64,000 nucleotides of DNA, from NCBI RefSeq assembly GCF_018350175.1, contig NC_058373.1, forward strand, positions 101,186,001-101,250,000, written 5' to 3'. Under the pieces are notes generated by a model. It saw only the letters and a list, made by a program, of their open reading frames with translations, ran no database searches and was not told where the DNA came from. This document shows positions 12,490-25,110 of this stretch, piece after piece. The first letter of the stretch is position 1; each line of letters begins with the position of its first letter. Made by a program: the position numbers and the translations under genes. Origin of the DNA: Felis catus. Its lineage: Eukaryota.

Positions 12490-13050
12490 CTGTGCCTATT
12501 AACACAGGGACACTGATGAGGTACAATGGGAGGCAGGTAGCCACCTCTGTCTGCGGGGGGCAGGGCAGGCTTCTCAGAGGAGACGTTAGGGCCAGTTTAT
12601 TGGGCAGAAAACCACGAGGAGGTCCTTCTGGCCATAGAGAAAAGGATAGGCAGAGGTACAGAAGCTACAGCACAGTCAGCCAACTGCAGTTCGAGGGCCC
12701 TGGAACACACAGTGAAAGGAAGGAGTTGGTAGAAGGTCTAGATCATGAGGGGTCTGAAAGCCACTGAGAGTTTTTAGGCAGAGATGTGGCACGAACGTCT
12801 TTGTTGTTGGATGTTGTTGGCAGCACTGCTGGCACCAACTCAGGGCGGAGTTGGAAGGGAGAGAGAGGTGCTGGCTGGGAAATCACTGCAGCTGTCCAGG
12901 TTAAAAAAAAAACATGATGAATACAGGCAGGTTCAAGAAATACTTAGAATTAAAATCACCAGGACTTAAATACTGATGGGTGAGGGGAAAGAGGAAGAGA
13001 GGAAGAGTTCAAGGTAGCTCCCACGTTTCAGACTTGGGATGATCACAGGG
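12490..13050 (-). mobile_element. Degraded L2
   Basis: L2-like motifs (CAGGCTTCTCAGAGGAG, TAGATCATG, TTTTAGGCAG). Confidence 0.5.
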
Positions 13051-13149
13051 TCATGACTAGGCCAGAGAAACAGGAGGAGTGGTGGGTTTTGGTTTCTCTG
13101 CATGGCTCCCACGATACCAGAGCTACATCAATAATGACCAGTCCAGGTC

Positions 13150-13370
13150 TGAGCTTTGAAGTCCGAGATTAGGATTCAATGACTTCCCTCCCATTCAATA
13201 GCCACATGACCTTGAACAAGTTAGTTTAGCCTCTCTGAGCCTCAATTCTCTAATGGTAGAGGTGAGATAATAGCAGCATGCTATTAAGGCTGATGTTGAA
13301 GATTAAATTAGGCTATGTATATCGTACAGCTCCTGGTACAAGGTAAGAAGCCAATAATGTTAGCTATTTT
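13150..13370 (+). mobile_element. MIR, near full length
   Basis: TGACCTTGAACAAGTTA...CTCTCTGAGCCTCA...AATAATGTTAGCTATT. Confidence 0.85.
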
Positions 13371-16169
13371 TGATACAGTGAATACATTGCTTTTTCCTTT
13401 TTACAAAGAAAGCAAAAGAATAAAAATGTTTTTTATTCTTCTGGCCACATAACATTCACTTGCTACCTTATTTCACTGGCTTGAACTGAATTTCTGCTAA
13501 GGTATTTATGGTATAACACATAAAACCTGCTCTTGAATGGCCCTCCAATCTGAGGACTTACCATTGGCTTCTTGACCAAAAAGTCTATACAGCCTCCTGG
13601 GAACCTGACTCCAGGAGCTCACATATAGGACAGGATTAGATTGTCCTCCTTGGATTGTGTGGGATCAATCCCAACCCAATTAGTACTATGACCTGCCTTC
13701 ATGCTTCCCTTCACCCAGGGCTTGTACGTTCTCCTTAACAATCACAAGAAATGGACAAAATTGTTTAGCCCATGAGGTAGATGGTGCTGTCCAGAGTGTC
13801 TAGCACAGGACTTGGCACATAGCAGGTGTTTAGTAAATTTTGGTTGAGTGAACACATTACATTCCTTATACTACACTGTGATGCCTAGCCTCAGGAAGAA
13901 ACCCTTGCACCATGCTCGTCCCTAAACATTGCTTCTTTCTACCCAAGCCATGTGCCCTAAGCAGGAACATCTTTAGCATGAAATGTTCTTTATAGAACTT
14001 TCAAAGTATGTAAATGGAGCATTGAATCTGTCAATCATACAGTGAAGACTATAAAATAAATATGGATTAAAAACCAATGTTGATATGGGTACATTTCTTC
14101 AAGTATACATTGATAAACTAAAATGTTTTTGCCATGTAGTGAATCAGTAGATTGGCCAAGTTTCCCTGAATGTGAATGTGTCCACCCAGACATCTCAGGA
14201 CAGTATGAATTAGTAGAACCTAACAGGTGCTTGTGTTTTTCAAACTCATTGAAAAGAGCCTAATTTAAAGATCTGTGATTTAATGAGCCTTTCAAAGCTG
14301 AAAATATATCCCACTGAGATTTAAAACAGAAAATAGATTTAAAATAGAAAAAAAAAAAATAAAACAAAGCTAGTTTTGTGTTTCACAGACACAGGAAGGT
14401 GCCAGAATTATTTACTGCTTTCTGGACTTTGCATTATGACCAAATTGATATTTTCCAGGTTTTTCATTAACTTAAAATGTTCTGAGGTAAACACATCATT
14501 TGCCATGATTAAATCCAAGGTGTTTCTGCAGCTTCCTCTGAACAGCTAAAAATTAGGCCAAGAGGTAAGAGTTCTGGTCGACCTCTTTGTGAAAGCAGCA
14601 CTTGAGAAAATGCACAGATTTCACTCACCAGCTTCCCTGAGATTCTTAGAGCCACAGCAAGCAGAGGGTCTATAGGCAGAATCACATGGTAAAATCTTTC
14701 AGTCCAGAACTTTCTCACCTCCAAAACCAAAAATCATTCCACCTTGTTTTAAAAATTCTTGTAGATTTCCCAAACTGTAAAAGAACATAGACTTGACCTG
14801 CGCACCCTCACACCTACTGCATCGGCCCTCTATAATAAGCTCTACAAGGGTAAAATCCTCTACTACTTCTCTGGATGGTTCTAGACAGAGCCAAGTTAAT
14901 AGATACACAGTTGTCAGAAGTCACTAGGATTTTAAATTTCCTTCCCAACTTGAATTAGACTGATTAAATAAGCTTCTGTTAAAAGCTAGTCTGTTAAAAC
15001 AGATGGAAGATTAAGGATGAACAGAAAAACTAATTCAATATAGCCTTTTCTTTCCCCTCTCTGAATTCTACCTCTCAGTCTCGGAGACAGGAACCTCTCT
15101 AGGATGGGACTCCACTGGGTTCATAAAGTCCATCTGATGGACAAAGAGAGAATGTCATAAAACTGGTCCTCGCTTGCCACCAATGTTGGATACCCCATTG
15201 GTCACCCAGCAGAGCCCTGAGAAATGATCTGGGGAAGGTAGTAGAGAACATTCAACAGGAATGCCCAGAACAATTTTCAAAAAACCTTTTTGTGGATCCT
15301 GGCTCTCTGATTCAGCATACAGCTAAATTTTGAATGCCCACTTCTTGACTCTTTCAAGATTGAGTCACAAGCAGAGGTAGAGCACAATTCCTTATCTTAT
15401 ATCCACATGTTCCACACCTCACATTCACCCAGGACAAGACGAGGCTTTCGCAATGCTTGTCCAGAATGGGACGCTGCTCTGACATTCCAAGACTCAGCAT
15501 ATAGTGACTGGTTAATGTTCACTAACATTATCTGGTTCCTAAACACAGATGAAACTTATGAATTCAATGAATAAAACAATAACATCAACAGAAGGTACAA
15601 CATAAGTGGAGAGGCATTCGGGGAAAGTTAGTATTTTAAGATCAGTTCCTCTTCTAATAGACCCCACAAGAATAACCACTGTAGGTCAATTCTAATCATT
15701 AAACAGTTCTTAAAATTGAATTGAAATTACTTTCCCTAGGATTTTCAACTCTGTCCCTAACTCTATTCTGTGGAACCAATCATAGTGCCCTTTTCATATG
15801 TGAAGATTTTTTTAAAAGAAAGGTTTAATTCTTTGCTTGGCATCTGCAGCTGCTCCTTTCACAATAAAGCTTGAAATTTTAAATTAACGCATTTGGCATA
15901 CAATCAATCGGTTAATCAAAAACCTTGAGCACCTACCAAATGAGAGCTACCGCACTCAACCTTCGGAATAATCAGCAGTAATTTGTCAACTTATTCCTAA
16001 GGGACTATTTTCCACTGGTTCTTTTGTTGTTTTGTAATGCCTCCTTTAAAGAGAAAGTCAATTAAAAAATAAATAATGGTGTTGGTGTGGGGGGAGACAT
16101 CAGAATAATGTAGTGTGTGTTAGTTGTGAATGTAGTCTGGAGGAAGAGGGAGTACATGCAAGGTAGGTA

Positions 16170-16390
16170 GTAATAATGTTCATTGGCTCATAGGAACTCC
16201 AGGTGCTTTATATTTATTATTTCATTTCGTTTTTATCACAGCTCTGTAAGGTGGGTTTTACTCTCAATTTACCAAAAAGGAAACTGAGATTTTAAGAGTT
16301 TATTTAGATTGCCTAAAATGATACACTTGCTGTGGCCGAGCCAGGATCCCCGCCCAAATCTAATCCCAAAGTGTATCCTCCTTTAACTGT
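16170..16390 (-). mobile_element. MIR
   Basis: GTGCTTTA...AGGAAACTGAG...GAGCCAGGATC, antisense to the MIR core. Confidence 0.75.
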
Positions 16391-16622
16391 GTGATAACTC
16401 ACTACTTGCAAAGAAATCAATACAAGAGCATTACCACTTATCTTCAGATTTGATACCACATGCGGATGGCTAACAATATACCTCTCCTGCTGTTCGTTTT
16501 ATATACAGACCAGCCAAAGAAAATACAATTGTTATCTCCTGAACACTCTTAAGTCATTGAATTTCAAAGTAATTGTGTATAATTTGCAGTGCCATAAACC
16601 TACTTGGTGTCTCCAAATTGGC

Positions 16623-16635
16623 AGGTCACTGACCT
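16623..16635. promoter_or_regulatory. Perfect IR-1 nuclear receptor element AGGTCA-C-TGACCT (FXR/RXR consensus)
   Basis: Exact consensus match in apparently unique sequence; function untested. Confidence 0.45.
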
Positions 16636-18115
16636 CTTATAGAATGACAATTAATGATCAAAAAATTTAAGAGAGAACATGCCATAGAGAGGTTTGGGGA
16701 GAGAAAATCATTTGATCATCCATTTTTCAGGGTATTTTAAAGCTGTTAAAATCAATGAGTGTGGGCGGACTGAAACTAAGTTTGGAAGGGACCAAGTTTC
16801 CTCTGCACACCCCGTTAGACATGGTGGGACTCTCTCATGATGCAATTGCAAGTAAGGGCATCTGTGTGGCTCTCATCTGGGTCGTTCAGTTTAACTCTGG
16901 CCAGGCTTCTGCTTCGCCTTCCAGTTCCCCCTTGCTAGCTGGCCACCTCTCATCAGGAGATGGCTTAAGTCCAGTCACTATGCCACTCATTTTTCCGTCA
17001 GGTCCCTTTCTCCACATTCTAAAAACAATCACAGTGCTGGTGTTCAAGACCCTGCTTGCATTTTCCAGTGATGGGAGACAGATCCAGCTCAGCTCCTAAG
17101 CAAGGCACTTGAGTTTTAACAAAAGAATAGATGACAGGGTAATGTGGTTTCGCTCAGAGTACCATGCCATGTGTGACATTTGCCATGCAGAGCTGCACAT
17201 TCCTCATGGAGGGCAAGGTTGCTCACCATTGTCCTGACTCCAAAATTATTTCCGACACAAGTGCCTGTAATTAACCTCATTTATTGACTTTACACGTGGG
17301 AGGTGTGGAGGAAGGCGCATGGTGCTCCTGACTGCGTCGTCGTCTATAACTAGCAAACAGCCAAGACGCTTGCATATGCATGTTTCTCAACTTCCCTACC
17401 AAGGTTTTCCAAGTAGAGAATTTGAATGGGTCCTTTGTGTTAGAATCCTTTTTAAAGTCTTTAAAAGTTCAACATGAAGTTAAAGGAAAAGAGTTCAACT
17501 TACAGATCCTTGCATCCAACCCTGCAGCACGTCTGCTGCAGACCTCTTGGCTCTTAGAGGTCATGTTATGAAGTGGAAAGAGCAAAACCAAAAACGTCGC
17601 ATAGGAGTGTTAAGTGGGAGGCATGACCCAGAATCCCTGCAAGTTCTGGTTCCTGAAAGCAGGCTATGAAATAGTATCGCCTCGCATCACCGGTCTCCAG
17701 CCCACCAGTGCCTGTCCCCCTTGCCCCCTCCCTCCACCCACCTCCCACAAAAATTGTTGCTCTAGGAGGCTTTTTGTTGAACTGGTCATTCTCAGGATCT
17801 GCGCATTCTTACTTCCTTGACTCAGTCTTAGCTCGGTACCCCAAAAGGCCCAATTCCTTTCTTGCCCACAGAACAGTTGTATCAGCTTGGTTTAAGGCAA
17901 AGGAAATGATATATGGTGATGCTGGTAACAAAAGATGGCTCAGTGCATGCTGGGGATGGAAGCAGGAGGTTTAAGGTGTGGGTTCACGTCAAAACCTTAA
18001 CACATTTCTGCTGCCATTCAGGACCCAAGCATAAAAAGAGCATGAGGATCATAGTGAAAAAGTTCTCAGTGATAATCTATTACATCTGATTTACAAATCA
18101 TTTTCACATATAATG

Positions 18116-18850
18116 CATTAGTCAGCATACTTTTGGTTGTAACAGAAACCAGTGCAAGCTAAATAAAGCAAATAATAATAATAGTAATTGATTATGTGGA
18201 TACCAGGGTTTCTCACTGACCTCAGGGCAGGATTGCCACTGGGCCTCAAGAACGAGGAAGTAGAATGCTCTAGTCCAGGAAACCCCCCAAATTCTCTATT
18301 TTATTTTCTTTTTAAAAAAATTTTGTAATGTTTATTTATTCTTGAAAGAGAGACAGAGCACGAGTGGGGTAGGGGCAGAGAGAGAGGGAGACACAGAATC
18401 TGAAGCAGGCTCCAGGCTCTGAGCTCTCAGCACAGAGCCCATCACAGGGCTTGAACCCACCAACCTTGAGATCATGACCTGAGCTGAAGTTGGACGCTTA
18501 ACCAACTGAGCCACCCAGGAGCCCCACTCTCTTTTTTAATTTTTATTTTATTCTCTTTAACTGTAGACCTGCTTTCTCTCTGATTTAACTAAATGGTGGG
18601 GAAAAATGTCATCCGCCAAAACTTTCTGCGTTTGCTTCTTCTCTGTTTAAAAAGGGTGGCCAGATGAGACTGGAATTTCTTGGTCTCAATTCCCAGTGTT
18701 TACAGAGCCTCCTTGATCAGATTTCTAGGCACCCTTGTCAATCAGCTGAGGTAGGGAGGCTGTGTCACACTGCTCAAGAGCCCAGCGATTGTAACCATGC
18801 AGATGGGAGGGGGCTGGGCAGTGGAGGGGGGCAGTTACCTCAAAAGTAGG
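18116..18850 (-). mobile_element. MaLR MLT1-type LTR relic interrupted by a SINE
   Basis: ATTAGTCAG...TTTTGGTTGTAACAGAAACC resembles an antisense MLT1 3' end. Confidence 0.6.
18301..18525 (-). mobile_element. Can-SINE
   Basis: Full structure in reverse complement. Confidence 0.95.
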
Positions 18851-19963
18851 GGTCCAGGACAGGCCACCCAATGGATACTAATACGTACATTATTTATTCA
18901 ATCCTCTGCCCTACCCACTTAAGTTTTCATTGCTATTTTCATTCTCATTCTACAAATGAGGAAACTAACTACAGAGAGATTATGTAGGTAGTAAAAGTAA
19001 AACTGAAAGTGGAATGAAGTTCTTCTCATTCTCTTCTTGGCCCTTATATGATAAATAGCCTTATTGAAGCAAACTTAAAAAAAAAAAAAAAAGGTGCACG
19101 GTTGCCCCTCCTCTTCCTTCAGAAGATTTTAAATTTAACTAGAGACCCAAGACAGACGCTTATGAAAGTAGTTTAATAACATTTTAAGAGCAACATATGA
19201 CATACAAAGCAACATGTAGATATTTCAAACTATTGAAAATAGCTAAACTTTGGATCCTTATTTGGAAGGAACTTAGCAAAGAGTGTGGGGAGGACATTTT
19301 AGACATAAGAAATGGAAGAAATCACACATTACCAGCAGCAATTCACATATTAGTACTGAAAATTCGACTCACTCATCACCCTACTATTTGCAGGAAGGCA
19401 AGATTTATGTTTTCAAAGAAATAGAGGATGAAAAGTAGAGCCGCTGAGATTTCTAGATTTCCAAGCATTTGTTGAGCTCAGCCTCCAGTCTACCATTTTC
19501 CTCTATAAACACAGTCAACGTCCTACGACTATTCTGTTTTCCGAGGCGGTCACCATGAAAAGTGCTATTTTAAATCTCCGGTTCAATAGGATCGAAGCAG
19601 AAATCCTTCTCAGATCATCCTCTGAATAGGATTTCATTGATTTTCACGTCACTCCTCTTAAAGTTGAGAATTATTCCTGCAAAGAATTAGTTCTTCATGA
19701 TTTTTTCTGATCTGTTTCTAATGTCATGGTCAGTACACAGACTTCAGAAATGACATCCAGATCTGAGCCAGATTAAGTGCCCGGTTATAACTGAGTTCAG
19801 CTGAGCAGTCAGCGGTTTGGTCTGTTACCTTACTGCATGTCATTGTCCTATAGTCTCAATCAAAGCCCTTGAGATGGGCAGGTAGAGACTCCAGCTCCAG
19901 ATTTAGACTTTCTATAAACTCATCTAGGGATTGAAGGAGGCTCTTTAACCTTCTGAGGCTTTT

Positions 19964-20192
19964 GGGGGCACTTGGGTGGCTCAGTTGGTTGAGCATCCAC
20001 CTCGACTTTGGCTCAGGTCATGATCCCAGGGTTGTGGGATAAAGCCCCGTGTGGGGCTCTGCACTGAATGTGCAGCCTGCTTGAGATTCTCTCTCTCTCT
20101 CTCTTTCTCCCCCTCTGCCCCTATCTCCCACTCATGCTCTCTCTCTCTCTCAAAATAAAATAAAATAAAATAAAATAAAATAAAATAAAATA
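19964..20192 (+). mobile_element. Can-SINE with (TAAAA)n tail
   Basis: Flanked by TTCT(G/A)AGGCTTTTGG at ~19951 and ~20194. Confidence 0.95.
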
Positions 20193-20219
20193 CTTCTAAG
20201 GCTTTTGGCTTCTTCACTC

Positions 20220-20770
20220 AGTTATCAACAAATATTTTTTGATCTCCAATTACATGCCAGGGTCTGTTCTAGGCTCAGGAGGTACAGCAGAAACCAAGCA
20301 AAAAAAAAAAAAAAAAAAAAAAATCCCCTGTCGAAATGGAGCTTATGGTCTATTGGCCACAAAACAGAAAATAAATATAAGTAAATTATATAAAATATTA
20401 GAGGGGTATATGAAAAAATTAAAGCAAAGGGGAATGGGGAGTAAAAGGAGGTGGTTATAATTGAAAATAACATGGTAAGGGGGTGCCTAGGTGGCTTAGT
20501 CGGTTAAGCACTTGACTCTTGATTTCGGCTCAGGTTGTGATCTCCGGGTCATGGGATCAGGCTCTGCATCAGGCTCTGTGCTGACAGTGAGAAGCCTGTT
20601 TGAGATTCTTTCTCTCCCTCTCTCTCTCTCTCTCTCAAAACAAATAAATGTAAAAAAAATTTTAACGAATTAAAATAACATGGTAATGATAGGCCTCAAT
20701 AACAAGTGGCCTGTGAAGGAAATCGGGATGTAGCCATGTAAATCTCTAGGGGAAGGGCAGAGAAACAGCC
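20220..20770 (-). mobile_element. L2 3' fragment split by a SINE
   Basis: TCAACAAATATTT...ATGCCAGG...ATGGAGCTTATGGTCTA. Confidence 0.7.
20479..20671 (+). mobile_element. Can-SINE
   Basis: TSD AAAATAACATGGTAA at 20464-20478 and 20672-20686. Confidence 0.95.
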
Positions 20771-21010
20771 ACCCAAGTGCCCCCAAAGATCTCTTCATGT
20801 TTACAATGAAATTGTTAGACTACACCAGTGATATTTTTTAGCCACGAACAAGAGATACATCAGGGACAGCCAAAGTAAAATGTGAACTGCAAGGAGAAGA
20901 GGGGGCAGATTTCAGCCTCCTCATCCCCACTTCAACCAGAGCTGCTCTGTTTTCTTGCTCTAAATGATGGGCTGCTGTGCATGATTTCATGTATTAAGAA
21001 GGTGGCAGAG

Positions 21011-21240
21011 GGGGGCACCCGGGTGGCTCAGTCGGTTAAGCATCCAACTCTTGATTTCGGCTCAGGTCATGATCATGAGGTTCCTGAGATCAAGCCCCGT
21101 GTTGGGTTCTGTGCTGACAGCATGGAGCCTGCTCGGGATTCTGTCTCTCTTTCTCTGCCCCTCCCCTTCTCACCTGTTCTCTCTCTCTTCTCTCTCTCTC
21201 AAAATAAATGAACTAAAAACATTAAAAATTTTAAGTTTTT
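21011..21240 (+). mobile_element. Can-SINE
   Basis: Head, CT linker and A-rich tail. Confidence 0.95.
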
Positions 21241-21769
21241 AAGTGGTAGGGGGTGGCAAGAGGTAGATTCCCACCACTTAAAAGAAAAAAGAAAAGAAAG
21301 AAAACCATTAGCCTGGATAATCTTTAAAGTCACGATCCATTCTAGCTCTAAAATTTATTTAATTCTACTCGATCCTAGCAAGGAAATAATTTTCTAATGT
21401 CTAAAGCTACTTAACATAGTGACTTTATAGAGTCAACGTAGAGATGGGGCATTTGAATCGTTTCTCTTGCCTGAGATTACCCATTCGTTATAGGAACTGG
21501 GTCCTACAAAAATAGGAAGAGAAAAATAACCATTGGCCTTGAGGAGTGGGAAGTCAATTGAGTTTTAAACACGAAGCCAGGAAATGTTTTATTAAATGGC
21601 TAAGGCACTTAGAGACTTAGACTAGAGAATAAGTCTGTTCTAAATCCCACTAACCTCATGAGTATTCCATTTATCTAAGAAAGCCACAGAAGCACATTCC
21701 AAGAAAGTTTCTTGCTGTACGACACGGACAGAGCGAAAGAAACACAGGCTTTTACCCACAAGTATTATT

Positions 21770-21992
21770 TTTTTTTAATTTTTTTTAATGTTTATTTATT
21801 TTTGACAGAGAAAGAGAGACAGAGCATGAGTGGGGGAAGGGCAGGGAGAGAGGGAGACAACAGAATCTGAAACAGGCTCCAGGCTCCGAGCTATCAGCAC
21901 AGAGCCTGATGCAGGGCTTAAACTCACAGACAGCGAGATCATGACTGAGCTGAAGTCAGACGCTCAACCAACTGAGCCACCCAGGCATCCCC
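21770..21992 (-). mobile_element. Can-SINE
   Basis: ACAAGTATTATT flanks both sides. Confidence 0.95.
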
Positions 21993-22281
21993 GACAAGTA
22001 TTATTAATAACAATAAATAATAGTTACTGTTCATCAAGCATTAAACATGGGCCAGGAGCTGTGTTAAACTGAGTATGCATTCACTCACCCCCCACAACAA
22101 TCCCAAGGAAGGTGCTCTCAGATACTCAATATTTGTTGAAAGAATATCATGACTGAGAGTAACAAGAGTTAACTCGCCCAAGGTTACCTAGGTGGATAAG
22201 TAGTGGGTCTGGGATTCAATTCTGGGCTCTCTGACTCTTAATCATGATACTTTCATTGATTCACTGAATCTTAATAGTGGA

Positions 22282-22674
22282 TGAAGTGGATGCTATGGTG
22301 CCCCACCCAACGCCCTCCCTGTTCCCCGGACTGCCAGGAGCGTAGGCTACTGATGGCTCACAGCTGAATTTCTCCTTGAACAAAGTCTCCCTGGACAGTC
22401 TCTCTGCCAAAGGGACCTGCCCCACCAAAGGTTACTTCCCCTACTTGGGGAGGCCTGTAACCAGGAACTGGTGGATGTAAGGACACGAAGGCCCAGCCTC
22501 TTTGCCTCAGTTCAGGACTCCTGTGAAGGGCCATCCTGCTCTAGAGTTCCCAAATCAACTTCTCACTCTGCCCAGTGCTGCTTTCTTCATTTCCCCCTGG
22601 GACCAAGCCTCATCAAACTTCCCCCACACAAATTTCCATCTCGGATTCTGTGTCCCAGGGACCCAGTGAAGACA
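22282..22674 (+). mobile_element. ERVL solo LTR (LTR16-like)
   Basis: TG...CA ends; TGAAGTGGATGCTATGGTG, CTGATGGCTCACAGCTGA, GAAGGGCCATCC, CCCAGGGACCCAGTGAAGACA. Confidence 0.8.
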
Positions 22675-22846
22675 CTGACACCTGCCAAGATCTGCTTTGG
22701 CCACTAATTCTATTCTATTCGTGTCATAACCAGCAAATGTTTACTGAGTTCCAGGATGATGTGAGACTTCTTCTTTTGAGTAGCGCCTGTTTATAGCATT
22801 TGTGCATTTTCTACAGAGTCGTCATTTTAAAATTCACAGGAGTCTT

Positions 22847-23056
22847 GGGGCGCCTGGGTGGCTCAGTTGGTTAAGTGCCCGACTTCAGCTCAGGTCATGA
22901 TCTCACGGTTCGTGAGTTCAAGACCCATGTCGGGCTCTGGGCTGACAGCTCAGAGCCTGAAGCCTGCTTCAGATTCTACATCTCCCTCCCTCTCAGCCCC
23001 TCTCCCACTGGCACTCTGTGCCTCTCTCTCTCGCTCTCAAAAAAAAATAAACATTG
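22847..23056 (+). mobile_element. Can-SINE
   Basis: AAATTCACAGGAGT flanks both sides. Confidence 0.95.
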
Positions 23057-23246
23057 AAATTCACAGGAGTTTTTCACACACTCTGGATGCTAATCTTGTG
23101 TACCAGTGGGATGGTACACATGTCTATTCCAGTCTGTGTCCTGTCTTTTACTTCTGTGGCATCTTTCTTCTTGCACTGCACAATGTATGACTCTGTCACA
23201 GATCCTCCGTGCTTGCTTCATGTGTCTTGTCTACAAAACCTCCTCT

Positions 23247-23493
23247 AGGGGCGCCTGGGTGGCTCAGTCGGTTAAGCATCCGACTTCGGCTCAGGTCATG
23301 ATCTCCACAGTTCATGAGTTCAAGCCCCATATTGGGCTCTGTGCTGACAGCTCAGAGCCTGGAGCCTGCTTCATGTTCTATGTCTCTCTCTCTCTCTCTG
23401 CCCCTTCCCTGCTCATGCTCTGTCTCTCTCTGTCTCAAAAATAAATAAACATTAAAAAAATATTTTAATAAAAAAAAATAAAAAAAGAAAAAG
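23247..23493 (+). mobile_element. Can-SINE
   Basis: AAAAC(C)TCCTCTA flanks both sides. Confidence 0.95.
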
Positions 23494-23504
23494 AAAACTC
23501 CTCT

Positions 23505-24330
23505 ACTGAAAATCAGACAAATGCAAATGAAAACAACGATGAGATCCAATTTCACACTGACCCTATGCACAAAATTCTACAAGTCTGATGATCACAAGTG
23601 CAGGTGAGAGTGTGCAGGAGCAGGGACCCTCCTATCCTGCCAGCAGGAACATAAACCGGTGCCAAGTGCAGAGTTCTTTAGCAAGCTGAAGACGGTCACA
23701 CCAAGAAACCTGAAATTCCATGTTTATTTTTATTTTTTATTTTTTTCTGAAATTCCTCTTCTAAACCCTCGAGAAACCCCTGTACTTAGATATGATGAAG
23801 CACATGCAACAAGACACATACCAACTGTGTGTAAAGAGCCAAGGATTGGACACAGCATAAACATCCACCAAAGGGAAATGGAGAAATAAATTTGGAATAT
23901 TCACATAGCGGAATAACTTGGAGTCATTACATGAAACATATATGGATAAGGCTGCAAAACAATATGTAGAGCAAAGTCGTTGCTCAATTATTTATCACTT
24001 TCATATTAAGTTTATAAACCTGAAAAGTAGTAAGATATATTTTTGGAGATGTAAGTATATAGTGTAAACATAGTATGATAATAATAATGGTTGTCTCAGG
24101 AGAGAAAGAGAAACAGAGGAGGATGGAATTGGGGTACCTGAAACCTTTACAATATCAGTGAAGCCTTATTTCTCAAACTTAAAAGAAGTCAGAAACAAAT
24201 ACGACATGATGTTAGGATTTGGTAAAACCAAATGTAAGTACCTGCTGTTCATCATATTATTCCCAATTCTCATCTGTTCTGAAGTATTATACAATAAAAA
24301 GTACAGTTGAAAAAGAAAAAGAAAAAAACA
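23505..24330 (+). mobile_element. Ancient L1 (L1M/L1ME) ORF2 end and 3' UTR relic
   Basis: AAATGCAAATGAAAACAACGATGAGA resembles L1 ORF2 EMQIKTTMR; ends in an A-rich tail. Confidence 0.7.
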
Positions 24331-24739
24331 TTCACTACAGTTGAGAACACAAGATAGTTTCTCAGTATTATTTTAGGTCTTAATGGATCATAACGGCTTG
24401 ATGAAAGACATAGAATACATACAACACGGAAACGAAAGAATTAAATAACTGGTTGAGAAGTTTTTGCTAAATTTGATCAGGAAATGAGACTCCCTTCAGC
24501 ACAGGAGTGATAGGAGCGCTGCCGATTTCCTCTGGGAAGACGAGCCTGGCCAGCTGGTGCAGGGGGTTAAAGTCAAGCAGGGGAAGGTGGGGCCTGAGAG
24601 GTCCTTCCCCACAAAAGGTCCTTCGGTGGGCAGCCAGAAACCTCCAGCAGGCAGCAGCCATGAGGCAGGAGGTGGGAGGTGAGCTAGAGGTTGGGTGCTG
24701 TGGTACCCCACCTCATATCCAGAGTTAACTAATTAATTT

Positions 24740-25110
24740 TGAATCTATTAGGTGAGAGCAATAGAGGAGAGCAAGAAGTCAAAATTGGTTCTGAATACAA
24801 GTGACTGGCTAATTGTTGAGGCGGTGTGATTAGCCAGAGCAGAGATCTCAAAAATAGAAACTGGTCATGGGAGATTCTGATTTTCTTTCTGGTTTTAAAC
24901 ATTGCATTGGAGGTGCTGATGGGACCTCCAGGGAGAGAAGACAAGAAGGCAGTTGAAGGTGGCAGTCTGGAATTTGGTGAAGAAAGGTTGAAAGGAAGGT
25001 TTGAGAAGCCAACTGCAGAGCAAGGAGAAGTGACAATGTAAGAATTCCATTAAGAACTTCAAAGAAGGTGAAAGAGGAGAGGAAAGAAACGTGGAGAGCA
25101 CCAGCCACCT
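24740..25110 (-). mobile_element. Degraded L2
   Basis: Purine-rich L2-like motifs (GCAGTTG...AGTCTGGAATTTGG). Confidence 0.45.

Noticed and set aside
17504..17652. Minus-strand acceptor/donor pair (149 nt)
   Set aside because: Stops in all three frames; at most a non-coding exon, with no other support
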